Below, piece after piece: positions 38,156 to 51,654 of a stretch of DNA of 64,000 nucleotides; position 1 is the first letter of the stretch; each line of letters opens with the position of its first letter. Source of the DNA: Mytilus edulis (taxonomy: Eukaryota). A program made the position numbers and the translations under genes. The DNA is taken from the NCBI RefSeq assembly GCF_963676685.1, contig NC_092353.1, positions 35,154,001-35,218,000 of the forward strand. The letters run 5' to 3'. Under the pieces are notes generated by a model that ran no database searches, was not told where the DNA came from, and was given only the letters and a program-made list of their open reading frames with translations.

Positions 38156-38625
38156 AAAAAAACCCCAAAAAAAACCGTCAGCAGTTAAAACTATATATAA
38201 AGGAAGCTAAACCTCCGTGAAGGTTGTGTTCAACATCCTGTCTCAATTTCCAGTGTTATAATCGATCTGTAACTGATAAATTATTTTCATCTTATTGATC
38301 ACACAAATATATGAGCGACGACAAAAATGTCTTTCAGTTAAGGGCTGGAGCAAGGTTCAAAGAAAGATGGTTAACTTGTTTAAACTTTCGAAGCCGTCTC
38401 TAGACAATTTCAACCAAAATGAATATGTTTATGAGGGACGAGGTTGAGATCTAAAAGAGCTGATTTAATTTTTGTTCTTTGTAACTTAGTCAGTGGTTGT
38501 CTTTAGTAAGTATTTTCCCTGTAATTAAAGAAGTTTCGTGCAATCATTAGACTGCAACTTCTGTAACATTCTACTTAGAAAATGTGAATCTTGTTTAGTG
38601 CCGTTACTTTGGTATCTCATTGTCA

Positions 38626-38814
38626 TACGGTGGATTCATTATTATTCGTTAGATACCAATGTTCGTTTATTTCGGGGGTATACGTGAACCGCGAAATTCA
38701 ATATTCAACGAATGACGATTTAAATAAGGCTTGTATAAATAATTCGTCAAAACCATGAAATTAAATGTTAACGAACACGAAAATTGGTACCCACGAAAAT
38801 AAACGAATCCACAG
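38626..38814. mobile_element. Tc1/mariner-type MITE
   Basis: Termini tacggtggattc...gaatccacag; same family as 58894-59104. Confidence 0.7.
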
Positions 38815-41800
38815 ACCACCCTTATATTTTCATGTGCAAACAGTTCAATCAATATTACCAATTTTGATTGAATAGTTGAAATCAAATTAAAATTGATATG
38901 TGTATCATGCAATGCATGGCTGGTGTTAAAAGTGTTTATACAGAACGAAAACATTTCGTAACACAAAACTATTGAAAGAATATTAAAAAAAAAAGAAAAC
39001 TAGATCCATACTGTTTTTGTTCAGAGGTTGTCGTTTGTTGATGTGATTTATAAGTGTTAAATTAAAACTATGGAAATCCACGAAAAAAAAGTACAGTTTA
39101 CATTTTACGTCCACCTGATTTCTTTTTAGTCAATTAATATATTGTGTACATTCGGTTTTTTTTTCACAAGCGGCTTTAAACAAAGTAACAATATGAAGCT
39201 AAAATTTATTAATTGGATCAAAACCATGAAAAATTTGACCAAAACCAGTACGAATTTCTAGAAACTTAACTGAACCATGTCAATTGATTAACCAAACCAT
39301 AACCATTGCGATAAGTTGGTTACCTTACATTAAGTTCTTAACAATAACAATTCCAATGTAGATCGATCGACTTACAATATAGATTCAAACAGCTTAAAAG
39401 CTGTTTTTTGCTCATTTGTAAAGAACAGAGGCAATCGTTCTTGGATGTTACCTAATTAAACCATGACTAACTTAACCAAACTATGACAAAATCACTGAAA
39501 TAAACGCCCTTCGCTATGACGACGTTACTACTCGTGACCAAAGCTAACAATAAAAATACAAGTAAGCTGGGTCCTGGCTGACGAACTATAAAGATGGGGT
39601 CAGAATGCCATGCTAAATCAAAAGTACAAAAAAAGTCACACAAAACAATATAATAGTGCACAAGTCTTTCTTACCTAATCATATTCAATAATGCGTTCTA
39701 CACACACTGATATTTCTGGCTTTGGTGTCACCGTAAAAGAATAACACAAATATACTAGCAGAACTAACTCACAAACTGTGAATCGCCTCGTTTATTGCAT
39801 AATAGCTTGTTTGCTTCTAATACGGAAAGTCGTGAGTTAGAACCAACGGCTGAATCAACATATCTGAAGATAATCTGGAGCAGGATTGTCTTTTTTAGTA
39901 ATTGAGAATATTTGAAGATCTCAACGTGCATTTTTTTTTAATAAATCTAGCTAAATAGGCATTGTCTAAAAAAAAAATCAAATCAAAGTTTTATTTATTG
40001 TCGAAACAAAGTAACACAAGCTCTAGGTATCTTTTAAAATCGACATTATAAAACATTACACACAAGCAAAATGACATGCAAACAAACACACAGACACACA
40101 ACAAGATATAAAACATCTAGCACATAAGTAAAATAAAATAACAGTGTTAATGCAAATGTATTATTAAATCAAAGTGAACTAATTAAAGTATAAAAGCAAT
40201 TATGTCTCTTGTTACGCAATTGTGTTATATTCTTAACTAGTCAGACCTCCTTTCTTGTCTGAAAACTAGGCCAGTTGAAATTAGATAGTAATAAGGGTAT
40301 CTCGTGACCTCGAACTACAGGTAAACAATCGACCAATAGTTCAAAAATAAATGGTGAGTAAAAAGCATTGAATATTTACACAGGATAAATAGTATACAAA
40401 AATGGTATGTACGTCTTAAAATCTTGTCACTTTCTGAAATTTTGAAAAAAAATGTTGTAATTGTAAAACATATACTTAGCACACCATCTTAGACGAGAAT
40501 GCAAAGAAAATTTATACGTAGATCCTACTTATATGTGATTTTATCTAAATTGCGTGTTTTTAATTTAACTTAAAAGTTCGTAGATTTTAAAGTCAATTGA
40601 CATTTAAAAAGTACCGTGTAAATTATACTCATATAGAAAAGGAGAAATGTTACTGAATGAAAACTATTAGAATAGTTCAGGACTTCATGTAAGCTGGCTT
40701 TGACTGTATATTCATGGCGGTTGTATCAGTTTGTTCATATATTATAAACAATGCAAGTAATTTAAAAACAGTAAGAAACGTTAAAAAATATTAACACACA
40801 AAGCATTTGAGTAGTATTCAATCAACTGCACAATCGTCCCAAAAAAAAAAATGTGGAGTTCCAACCCCGGAACCCTCCCCTGGATCCGCCAGTGCATGAT
40901 TAAGGTGGATTGTTCTGACATTTTGTGCAGTACCTTTATTTTTATTTTGTATTTGCAGAAAGTATACACTTAGATGTCATTATTCAATTCTTATTTTTGT
41001 GGTAGGATTTGTTCACAAATTGAAAACTAACATAATAATTAAACGTATTATAGGCAATAATTCTAGTACTAATTATTCACAGGTATGCGTACTTCCTTAG
41101 TATATGACAAACCAAAATATTATGACAATTGATGATGGATGACATTACAACTTTTCTGTAAAGTTTTAATAAATCATTTAAATTGATATTGATCAATTAA
41201 ACTTTTTATTACTTCATTTTATTTTAAAAACCAAACAAGCGTTTAAAACTGTCACAGCGGTTGAATGCCGAACTAGTTTTCTTGTCTTGGGATATTTTAC
41301 ATAGTAAACGTAAGTATTTTGAGATATCTATACTAATAAGTATATTTATATATTAAAATGTTGGTTTGCGGTTCAAGATATTTGACCATTAGTTGTTTAT
41401 TTATGTGTCATTTGGTCTCTTGTGGAATTGTCTCATTAGCAATCATACTTACAAATTGATTGATTGGCCAGGCTGTACAGTTTACACAAAATTAATTTTT
41501 ATAGACAGTTGAAGGTTACATGTTTGCATTATACCTGTTGGTTATGATGAACCCATTTTTTTTTAACGGAATTGCGCACTTAACGAACTAAATGAAAATA
41601 ATTCTTTTGGTTACTTCCACCTCAAAGCCTCTTGAAAGTCGCGAGGCATCGTGATTCAGTGTGAAGCATAAACCCATACCAAACTGCATATTCAAGACGC
41701 CCACTACCACTGGTTTGAACGATATATTTTGCTATGTTTGATTACTACCCACCTGTGCAATAAAAGAGTGAAACAGATGACCATGATGAAAGGGAAAGAT

Positions 41801-44022
41801 CAACATACTAATTTAATCAAAAATAAGAATGAAAATACTGTCTCTTAAGAACGTGTGGGTTTCTTTTTAAAAAGACGGTTTAAAAAAAATCATAATCATT
41901 AATTTTTACAAAATAAATAACTTTCTGTTTTCTTTTTCTAAAATGATATTTTAAACTTTTGAGAAATAAGAGAAGTTCAAAATGTGTGCTTGTTGATTCA
42001 TAAAAAACGAGTTTATCAGACCATTAAAATATTTACCAATCCATCTCAATCCATTTAATATATATACATATGGTTTGGTTTGTGTATTTAAATTAAGGTA
42101 ATTTGAAACCATAACATTTCAAATATATTTAGAGTACAGTAATTACCTGATTTGTCTAAATAAGTATAGATAAAGCGGTAAGGCCAACTTCCCCTGAATA
42201 TATTCACACCGAGTACGTTTTCAAAAGTCTTCCAATCTTTGACTTACTTCACAGTGTGACAGCTTTATATGTATATACATTGCAATTCTTAAAACATCAG
42301 AGCGGATGTATTGGTGTGTTACGAATTTGTAAATAATCTGGGACCTGGCTCACTGCTCGACAGTAGCGTATTGCGTCGAAGAGGGGTTATACTACACACG
42401 TAGGATGTCAGATTAATTCATAAAGGCCTAAAGCATTTAGAATGTTTGTATATTTTGCACACTTCTGGTAATTATCTCAAAATTGGATAAGAAGGACATA
42501 CAGATCAAAAACCAAAATTATATTTTGTAAGTAATTTATAGCTTTATTTTGTTTTTCAGTTAGAATGATTTACTAGTATTGGAATTTTAAGAACAATGCA
42601 AAATAACCATTACGATTTATTGAGTCTGTATACAAAATATTCACAACCGGGTACATGCATATGATAACATAAAATGAAATAAGAGAATCTTGATGATAAT
42701 TATTTTCGATACATTTAAGTACAGTTTTACTCAGGAATTTAAAAATAGATAAATACATATAAATACATTTTTATTACCGACAGGTTTTAAATTGAATGAT
42801 AAAAATAGAAACTCGGTCAATGATTTCCTAACACAATGTATATCGGCATACAGGTGCATACTGCTTCTTTGAAACAAATGACGGTTTTGTTGCTATTCCA
42901 TGATTTTTTAAATGTTAGTTTGCTTTGTCTCTCAGTTACAGCAAAGTCATTGAACATTACAATATAATAGTGCATGTGTCCCTAAAGTCAGTAGTGTCGT
43001 ATATATTATGTATTCTCATATGATAGTTGCCCTTGTGCTATTCGTTAAAAAAAATCCTTTGATATCCAAATCCGAATGCTTTTTATTTGTCTGGTATCTT
43101 AGTTTTATAGCATTATTCAATATCCCCATGGATCTTCTGTCATTATTTTTTTCACCAATCAATGACCCATAAACATTCTTCTAACTGTCCTTTGTGACAG
43201 TGTCGGTGACATTTACGCCATATCTCAGTTTTATATGTGAGTACGTACAATACTAATATATGTATTTACAATAACAAGATATGGAAAGAGATTCAAATGA
43301 CCCCCCCCCCCCCCCTTTTCCCACCACCACCACCACCACCAAGGACTAAACTACGTTGTTAATTGTGTTTTTCCCCGGAAGTGTCTGTGGTGTCTCGTAC
43401 GGGATTCATACCAAAAATCCATGTAATTTTGAAAATAATGCACATTAAAAAATAGCTTTAGTTACTGAGGGTCTGTATAATGGTGAATGAGTGAATGAAT
43501 ATTTTATTTGCAAAAGCATAAATAACAATAAGGCAATACATAAACAAGTATATACAATCGGACAAAAAGACAGATAGCAGAGAACAATACATAATGTTGT
43601 AAAGGTACAATAGTTCACAATATATGTTTCCATGCATGTTTCAGATAGTTACAGTTTAAAATTGAAATTTCAATATTTCAAATAAAACTAATTGGTATTT
43701 CATGTAATTCTAGAAATTCATTCAGTACAGTATACAGGTTGTGGTATACAAAGATATGTAAGAGAGAGTCTAATGTAATAGTAACATTTAATCTACTTGT
43801 ATGTCTTTGATATGCAATTCTTTATATTTGATTACACTTTACACTTTGAATTTAAATAAGGTTTGACAGCCGGAACTCGTAGAAGTATGTCCTTGGTCGA
43901 ATATGTCTTATTCTTTTCTTTTGTCCACATATTGTTCTTTCTAACCAATAAATTGGATTTATTCGCAAACACAAAGTAGAATTATATTATCTCAAAATGA
44001 ACAACGAACATGGAAAGTGTTT

Positions 44023-44152
44023 CCACAGAATCATCGCCTCAAATCTCTCCACGGAATCATCGGCTCAAATCTAGCCACGGAATCATCGGCACAACTCAAG
44101 CCACGGAATCATCGGCTCAAATCTCGCTACAGAATCATCGGCTCAAATCTCG
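44023..44152 (+). repeat. Minisatellite, 5 x 26 bp (ccacggaatcatcggctcaaatctcg)
   Basis: Five contiguous units are read directly in the sequence. Confidence 0.9.
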
Positions 44153-44380
44153 TCAAGGGAAAACTTTATATTTGCGGAAGTAGATATTACAGCGTTGGAC
44201 TACATATCAGATGAAATATATTTAAATTGTGGTGGTAGCTTGAATAACCCTATAGGTGATATGAGGGGAAGTTTTTATCATCTGGTTTTGGTTAATAGTG
44301 TTTGTTTATTTTGACGATTGTCAGCTTCTGTCAGAACGACATACTCATTATCTCTTAGTTTTGAAGTGCATGTTTTTCCA

Positions 44381-45468
44381 TTTTTTGTCGAGCCTGTGAC
44401 TTTTGACGCATAAAGCTCGACATAGGGATAGTGATCCAGCGGCGGCTACGGCGGCGTTAGAAAACTTCTTATCAGCATATATTTTAGAAGGTGGAAGACC
44501 TGGATGCTTCATACTTTGTATATGGATGCCTCATGTTACGAAGTTTCCGTCAGTCACATGTCTAATATCCTTGACCTCATTTTCATGGTTCAGTGACTAC
44601 TTGAAAAAAAGTTAAGATTTTTTGTAATGTTAAATCTCTCTTATTATAAGTAACAGGATAACTATATTTGGTATGTGCGTACCTTGCAAGGTCCTCGTGC
44701 CCGTCAGACAGTTTTCACTTGACCTCGACCTCATTGCATGGATCAGTGAACAAGGTTAAGTTTTGGTGGTCAAGTCCATATATCAGATACTATAAGCAAT
44801 AGGTCTTGTATATTCGGTGTATGGAAGGGCTGTAAGGTGTACATGTCCAACTTGCAGGTGTCAGCTGACCCTGGCCTCATTTTCATGATTCAGTGGTTAT
44901 AGTTAAATTTTTGTGTTTTGGTCTGTTTTTCTTATACTGTATGCAATAGGTCTACCATATTTGGTGTATGGAATGATTGTAATGTGTACATGTCTAGCTG
45001 ATAGGTGTCATCTGACCTTGACCTCATTTTAATGGTTCAATGGTCAAACTTACGTTTTTGAGTTTTGGTCTGTTTTTCTAATACTGTATACAATAGGTCA
45101 TCTATATTTGGTGTATGGAAATATTTATTTATATGTCAGTGGCGCCGTTTTTATTTGACCTTGACCTCATTTTCACGGTTCATTGCAATTGCTCAGTGTT
45201 AAGATTATGTGTTTTGGTCTGTTTTTCTTAAACTATAAGCATAGGTCAACTATATATGTTGTATGGAATAATTGTTAGCTGTACATGCCTGCCTGGCATG
45301 CTTCATATGACCTTGACCTCATTTTCATGGTTCATTGGTCAATGTTTAGTCTTCTTGGTTAATGTTAAGTTTATGAGACAGTTGTAATAAAGCTTTATAT
45401 TGAGGACTATCAACATAATATCAAGGATTAGTAAAGAAGGCGAGACATTTCAGCGTGTGCACTCTTGT
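44381..45468 (+). mobile_element. Helentron-associated (HINE/pearl-like) element with ~150-bp internal tandem array
   Basis: T-run start, 5' inverted pair tgtcgagc/gctcgaca, (GGC)n tract, about six ~150-bp units marked by tgaccttgacctcattttcatggttca, and a 3' end ...gtgtgcactcttgt. Confidence 0.8.
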
Positions 45469-45744
45469 CTTAGATTGCTATGGTATTTTTGTGAAGTGCA
45501 CGTTTTTCCATATTTCCTAGATTGCTATGGCATTATTTTGAAGTAATGTGAAAAGTTTTAATAGTTTCTACGTTTGATTCTCAATTAATCAAGTCTATTT
45601 CTAGGGGTGCTTATTGGTCTATTTCGTATAGGAGAACCATCGTATTTTTAGCTATGATACTATTATTGTACGGTTGTACCACTTCTTTTTCTAGGGAAAT
45701 TCCAGTGATTGATAACTAGGTTGTATCATTATGAAGAACCGATT

Positions 45745-48700
45745 ATGTCAACTTATGAACCAGAAACTACAATAAAACTAGACCCAACCTTAAAACCTGA
45801 TATTTTCGAGCCTAAACAAGACGAAGATAACCAGTAAGTAACTAATAATTGATTCATCTGTTTTAAATGTTTAGTGTTTGCATACCTATTCTTACAATTT
45901 ATAAAATTCTAAATTCGTTGATAAATTAAATTATAAAAAACTAAAGATTCAGCCCCCCTCAGACATGGTTGACCTAGGGTAAATTTTGCTACGTTAGGTT
46001 CTTTTCGGTCATAAAGTTCCAAATGTATTCAAGTAGTTATATTTCCTCGATTTTGAAAATAAGTTTGAGCGTTCCTGTGAAGTTAATCGAGTAAAGCGCC
46101 GCGGCTTAGGACGGAATAATTTATACGTTATTTTTTTAAAACTATGACTGTATTTAGGTGTCCGAATCAACAAAATATGCTGCAATCATAAGTTTGACAG
46201 TTACAACATGTTGGCTCGATGAAAGCTTGGTTCGGGTCGGAATAATGTGTTCAAGTAAGGTGACATGCCATCCTGCATGCCGTTATCCTGTGAACTAGCA
46301 TATCAAAATCCCATGTTCAGCATGTCGGCTAATAAGTACAAAGAAGGGTTAATATCCAAATCACATAATCAGGTCTTCGTTCTGATTTGCCACCGGATGT
46401 TAAACAGCTATTCATTATTATCATTAAAATCATCTCGATCGGTTTTCCAATTTGACCAGTGTTTATCAATTTGTTGTTGAGGTGAAAAAGTATAAATTTC
46501 AAAATTCTAGGACCAATTTCAATATTTCCTGAAGTAGGGATGCATAGTATATTGTGCTGATATCCCGTTTAATTGTCAAAGTGCATTATCAGAGATGTAT
46601 ATGTGTTTCTTTATATTAGTTAACTTGAAAACTTTGTAAAAGAGGGACGAAAGATACCAAAGAGACAGTCAAACTCTTAAATCTAAAACAAACTGACAAC
46701 GCCATGGCTAAAAATGAAAAAGACAAACAAACAAACAATAGTACACATGACACAACATAGAAAACTAAAGAATAAACAACACGAACCCCACCAAAAAACT
46801 AGGGGTGATCTCAGGTGCTCCGGAAGGGTAAGCAGATCCTGCTGCACATGTGGCACCCGTCATGTTGCTTATGTTGTAATTTTGTAAGCAAAATCGTTTG
46901 TAGAAGAGACGTACGGTGTGTAATATACTTCTCGCTCAGTCTTCAATTTATACAGATTGTTTGTTTGTCCATCAGATATTTGTTAAAAGAGCAACCTCTT
47001 CAACATAGCGAAATGTGTGCACATTCATTTTAATGTATATTTTCTATAATCAAACTCGAAGAAAACTGAGGTATAGAATTACATCACTTGGACTTCCTCA
47101 ATCGACAATAAATTCTATACTAAAGAGGATTGTCTGTATGCTCCGGCGGGATCATAGTATACATCTGCAGACGTCCTTGGTCGGAATGCACTGAAACACT
47201 TTACCTGGTTCTTTCTGTATGAAAATAGTCATGTCGTCTTCGTGTTATAGCTGCCTTTGCAAACTATCTTTAAGGTGCTCTTTTGTACATTTCAAACAAT
47301 ACCCCTTTTTCTGTTGGAATCTATTGTTCACGCTCTTCATACCGTTTACCTTAATCTACTGTCTGAAAGACGTTCCGCAAACAATAATTCATCAATCAAT
47401 CAGGTTTCTTCAAATTGCTTATGAAGAATTCTTTTTCATTATTCCCGTAGTCTGTATAGGAACGACATCAAAAGATTATTGTTGGATAAAAACGTAATTG
47501 AAATATATAATATGGGGTGGTTGTGGGAGGAGGTTTAGAATTGCTACAAGTTTTGTTTATCAAAAATCGATTTTACATATATCCTTATTGGTTTGTTTTG
47601 CTTTTTTTTAATCCTACATTGAACTTTTGATGTCGTCCCAATAGTGATGTTAATTTCATCCTCATAAATTGTTAAATAGAGGTTACACATAAAGTCATTA
47701 AAAAAAAAAAATCAAGTGTAATTTAATATACATGACTTTTTTGTATATTTGTATGTTCGCATACTAGGCAGAAAAATATAACTTGTAATTAAATGTCTTT
47801 TTGTCCATATTTGACTTTCAGTACCAGGTATGCCATTACATCAAATCTCCAAATAAGATGTTTATTTGTATGATTGTCTATTTTTTACTTTCAGTACCCA
47901 GTATGCTATTTCATCAGTCATCTGTGTATCTATTTTCATCTTGGTAGGAGTAGTTCTTGTTAAGTTTTGTTATTTACGGAGATTGTCTGCTAAAAACTTT
48001 CAAAATGGTAAGTGATTTATAATTCGTAGAGTGCATGCGTGCGATCAAACACATCTAAATACAGTCATTACTAATTCCAGACTAAATTTTGTACGTAAGA
48101 AGCGGGATTTGTCTACTAAAAATCTCATCAGTGAAATGCTTGAATAAAAATAATAGAAACAAGAATGTGTCCATAGTACACGGATGCCCCACTCCCACTA
48201 TCATTTTCTATGTTCAGTGGACCGTGAAATTGGGGTCAAAACTTTAATTTGGAATTAAAATTAGAAAGATCATATCATAGGGAACATGTGTACTAAGTTT
48301 CAAGTTGATGTAACTTTAACTTCATCAAAATCTACCTTGACCAAAAACTTTAACCTGAACTTTGCACTATCATTTTCTATGTTCAGTGGACCATGGAATT
48401 GGGGTCAAAACTATAATTTGGCATTAAAATTAAAAAGATCATATCATGGGGAACATGTGTATTAAGTTTCAAGTTGATTGGACTTCAGCTTCATCAAAAA
48501 CTACCTCGACCAAAATCTTTAACCGGACGGACGAACGGAGGCACAGACGGACGGACGGACGGACGGACGAACGGAGGCACAGACCAGAAAACATAATGCC
48601 CCTCTACTATCGTAGGTGGGGCATAAAAATGCACAAAAAAAAAGAGTTGGAGAGTAGTTATAACAGATACAAATCGTGGATGTACACATAAAACTATGCA

Positions 48701-49341
48701 ATTCAAATATTTCCCATTACTTGTGACTCTATGGAGAATTATTCACTAAATTCAAGACATACAATAAACTTTTACAAATATACACATATGCTTAACGGGA
48801 AATAACTTCCGATGTTTGTGCTTGTCTAGAATGAGAAAATACTACTTAGTATTTGATGGACGTGCATACCTACATGCGTCAAAAGATACAAGAGATATGG
48901 GTATCGATTACACAGAACAATACCATTCTGTTATCTCACAGCTTTCTTAGTTATATATTCTATAGTTTAAACTGATCGTTTATGTTATATTGGTTATATT
49001 CTTTCAAAAGAGTATATCTTAAATGACATATTAAACCTTTTGTGTTTTCACTGGATCCCCTTTGTGGTAGGTAGATGAGTTTGCTTTATCATACAGTCTG
49101 TAGCACTCAGACACGAACATATACTTGTATGATTTAATTCACATGCATCATCTAAGACAATTATTCAATATTATATATTCCAGCTCGGCGAATACGTACT
49201 GTGTCTGAAACCCTCCGAGACAGGCCACCACAGTATAATGACATACCATGCAGAGTAGCAACATCTCCAGATGGATCTATAGAAATCGCAGTTCCAGAAA
49301 GCCCACCCTATGTTAAAGATCCTCCACCATACATAGAATAA
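45745..49341 (+). CDS. Spliced single-pass membrane protein with cytoplasmic PPxY motifs (exons 45745-45833, 47895-48007, 49184-49341; true start uncertain)
   Basis: Canonical GT-AG junctions with matching phases (2, then 1) give MSTYEPETTIKLDPTLKPDIFEPKQDEDNH-TQYAISSVICVSIFILVGVVLVKFCYLRRLSAKNFQN-ARRIRTVSETLRDRPPQYNDIPCRVATSPDGSIEIAVPESPPYVKDPPPYIE*. AATAAA occurs downstream at ~50355. Confidence 0.75.
46638..46875 (-). mobile_element. Solo Penelope-like terminal repeat
   Basis: Near-identical to 28341-28540; contains the gggtgcc...cttccggagcacctg motif. Confidence 0.8.
48158..48628 (-). mobile_element. HINE/pearl-like element (intronic) with (GTCC)n microsatellite and two ~169-bp core repeats
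   Basis: The minus strand reads TTTTATGCCCC...GGGGCAT inverted repeat, GTCC tract, two tandem cores, and 3' GGGCATCCGTGT...ACACATTCTTGTT. Confidence 0.85.
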
Positions 49342-51499
49342 GGCATAGGTAATGATAAATCTGCAGAAACACTATAACAGGTGTTAGCATGGGGACTAAA
49401 CTGAAAAAGTAGACCCCTTCTTAACAATATTAATGCATTTCGATGTGTGCCAGTATATATGTATATATCGCGTTTATATTCTGAATGGATAATATTGATA
49501 AAATAGAATTCTAATGATATTAGTGGAAATATAATCTATTTGCGATAAATGAAAATTATCTTGCTACAGCTGGTATTGTTTATCAGACTATATAAATATA
49601 GAAACACATATTTTGGTTTTATGACATTTTGATAGACGTCTGTATTTTATCACTTTGAACTTTTCGAAGAAGGCGTGTATTGATGTTTTATATTGTCTGT
49701 TATATACTTTAAGATATTTTTGGAAACAAAAACGGGATTAACTTTTCCATAACTTGACGTATTGGTCAGATTGAATGTGTTTGATGTGTACGTACGTGAT
49801 TATTTCTGGTATGATTGGGAAAGTTAAATCTAGGATGTTATTAATTCAGTAATTGTTGTGTGCAATGGATGAACAATAGACCTAACTGCTAAATTTAATA
49901 TAACAATTTTAGCAAGAGCTGTATGTAAATAATGTCATTAAAATGTCGTTCGAGTTAGTGTCACGCTCATTGTACGTTATATGAATACTAGTAATGGAGA
50001 TATTATATACGTCAAATACAAATTGTACTGCAAATGTAATCGGAATTCACTTATTTTAATTCTTACAAAAATATGCATACATGTACATGGTTATAATCCA
50101 ACAAATCACATTTTTAGTTGCACATATTTTAATCGTCCACGGTAAAAACATGAGCATTTATTGCACCAGAAAAAGACGTCTTTTAGAGAATGTTCGTAAC
50201 TATTTTATTAGCGTGTAAATATGTAAGTGTTCAAATAACTTTGATTCGTCGGCGATTGAAAAGAAACTGTTTTTATTGCATTTCAATATTTTGAAGATAT
50301 GAATGGTTTGAACTTATTATTTGTCTGTATATTGTATGTATATATGTTAGAATGAATAAAACTATTGAGAAAGATTTAAACATTAAACGGCCTTTCTGTA
50401 CTATATTACTACCCCCCCCCCCTTATTGGGAAAAAAATGGTTGCTTATATAGGGAATCACTGAAGGGTGACTGGAGCGGGCCCCCTCTTAGGCAGTCAAT
50501 GGGCCCCCACTTATGAACATTTCTGGATCCGCCACTGTATATTAGTATAAACTGTCCCTGCATCAAAACAGACCTGAATTATAAGACAGGCATATCGTGT
50601 ACTATATTTATCATTTTGTTGAATCTGATATATTATGTTTACATTGCATCATCTCTTTGCATTATTGAATCATGAATAAAAGTGTAAATATTATTCGTTT
50701 TTAAGTGTAAATATTTATCGTTTTTAAGTGTAAATATTTATCGTTTTTAGTTAAATTTATGCATGTATGGTATGATTGCAAGCTTCGTCGGGTTTCGTCA
50801 TCCCATTGATTTCATTGTGATCTTTATTATATTAGTACTGTATTTACATAAAACAGATTATTACCTATGTTCTTTATTGATATATTTAAAATAGAAGATG
50901 AGGTATGATTGCCAATGAGACCACTCTTCACAACAGACACAGAAATTAATAGCAATATGTTACCGTACGGCCTTCAACAATGAGCAATGAAACTGTTTGC
51001 AGTTGCGTATGTTCCCCCTTTTTTACGTTATTCATGAAGGTTCAGAAAACAAACAGTAGGACATCGCCAAGTTCTGCGAGGGTAACAATGCTAGCTCCAA
51101 TAAACAAGCATATAGGACCCCAAGTTTAGCTTAATTAAAATGAAAGTAGAAATGATTAGAAACTCTAAAAGTGCGGGAATGATGGCGTGACAGGGTACAG
51201 GTCTCTTGCTGTATATGTTTCATCCGCCAGCGGAATCCACACTCGGTCACAATGGCGAATAGGACGTCAAACTCGCCACTATCGGCAATAGGACATACTC
51301 GTCACTATAACTTATCTGATATAATGTGTTCGTCAACTGCAAAACCAATGTGCCGAGACATAGACAACCAATTAGAGATGGTGACTAAAACTTTATTAGT
51401 TTTGAATTTAAAAATCTTCCTCATAAATCGGATATAGAGCAGTTTTGTGTACGGTACACACCATCAATTGAATTCTGTATAGAGTGAACATTAACATAT

Positions 51500-51630
51500 C
51501 AAATAATATATGTTTGAACGCAGTTAGATGAGCAAACATAGAGTATATTCCTGCTGAAAAGAAATGGGAAATTGACGATTGGAAAGTTGAAATCATCACG
51601 TTTGTCATATGGATTTGAGTTTTAAGCCAT
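51500..51630 (-). mobile_element. Degenerate Penelope-like RT fragment
   Basis: The minus strand encodes YDKRDDFNFPIVNFPFL. Confidence 0.7.
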
Positions 51631-51654
51631 CCTTTTGTCTCATATTGAGAAAAT

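Noticed and set aside
44023-44152. CRISPR-like appearance of the 26-bp repeats
   Set aside because: Units are contiguous with no unique spacers, there are no cas genes, and the context is eukaryotic; this is a minisatellite.
48446-48706. ORFs with RTDG/SVRP repeats
   Set aside because: They are translations of the (GTCC)n microsatellite inside a HINE element.
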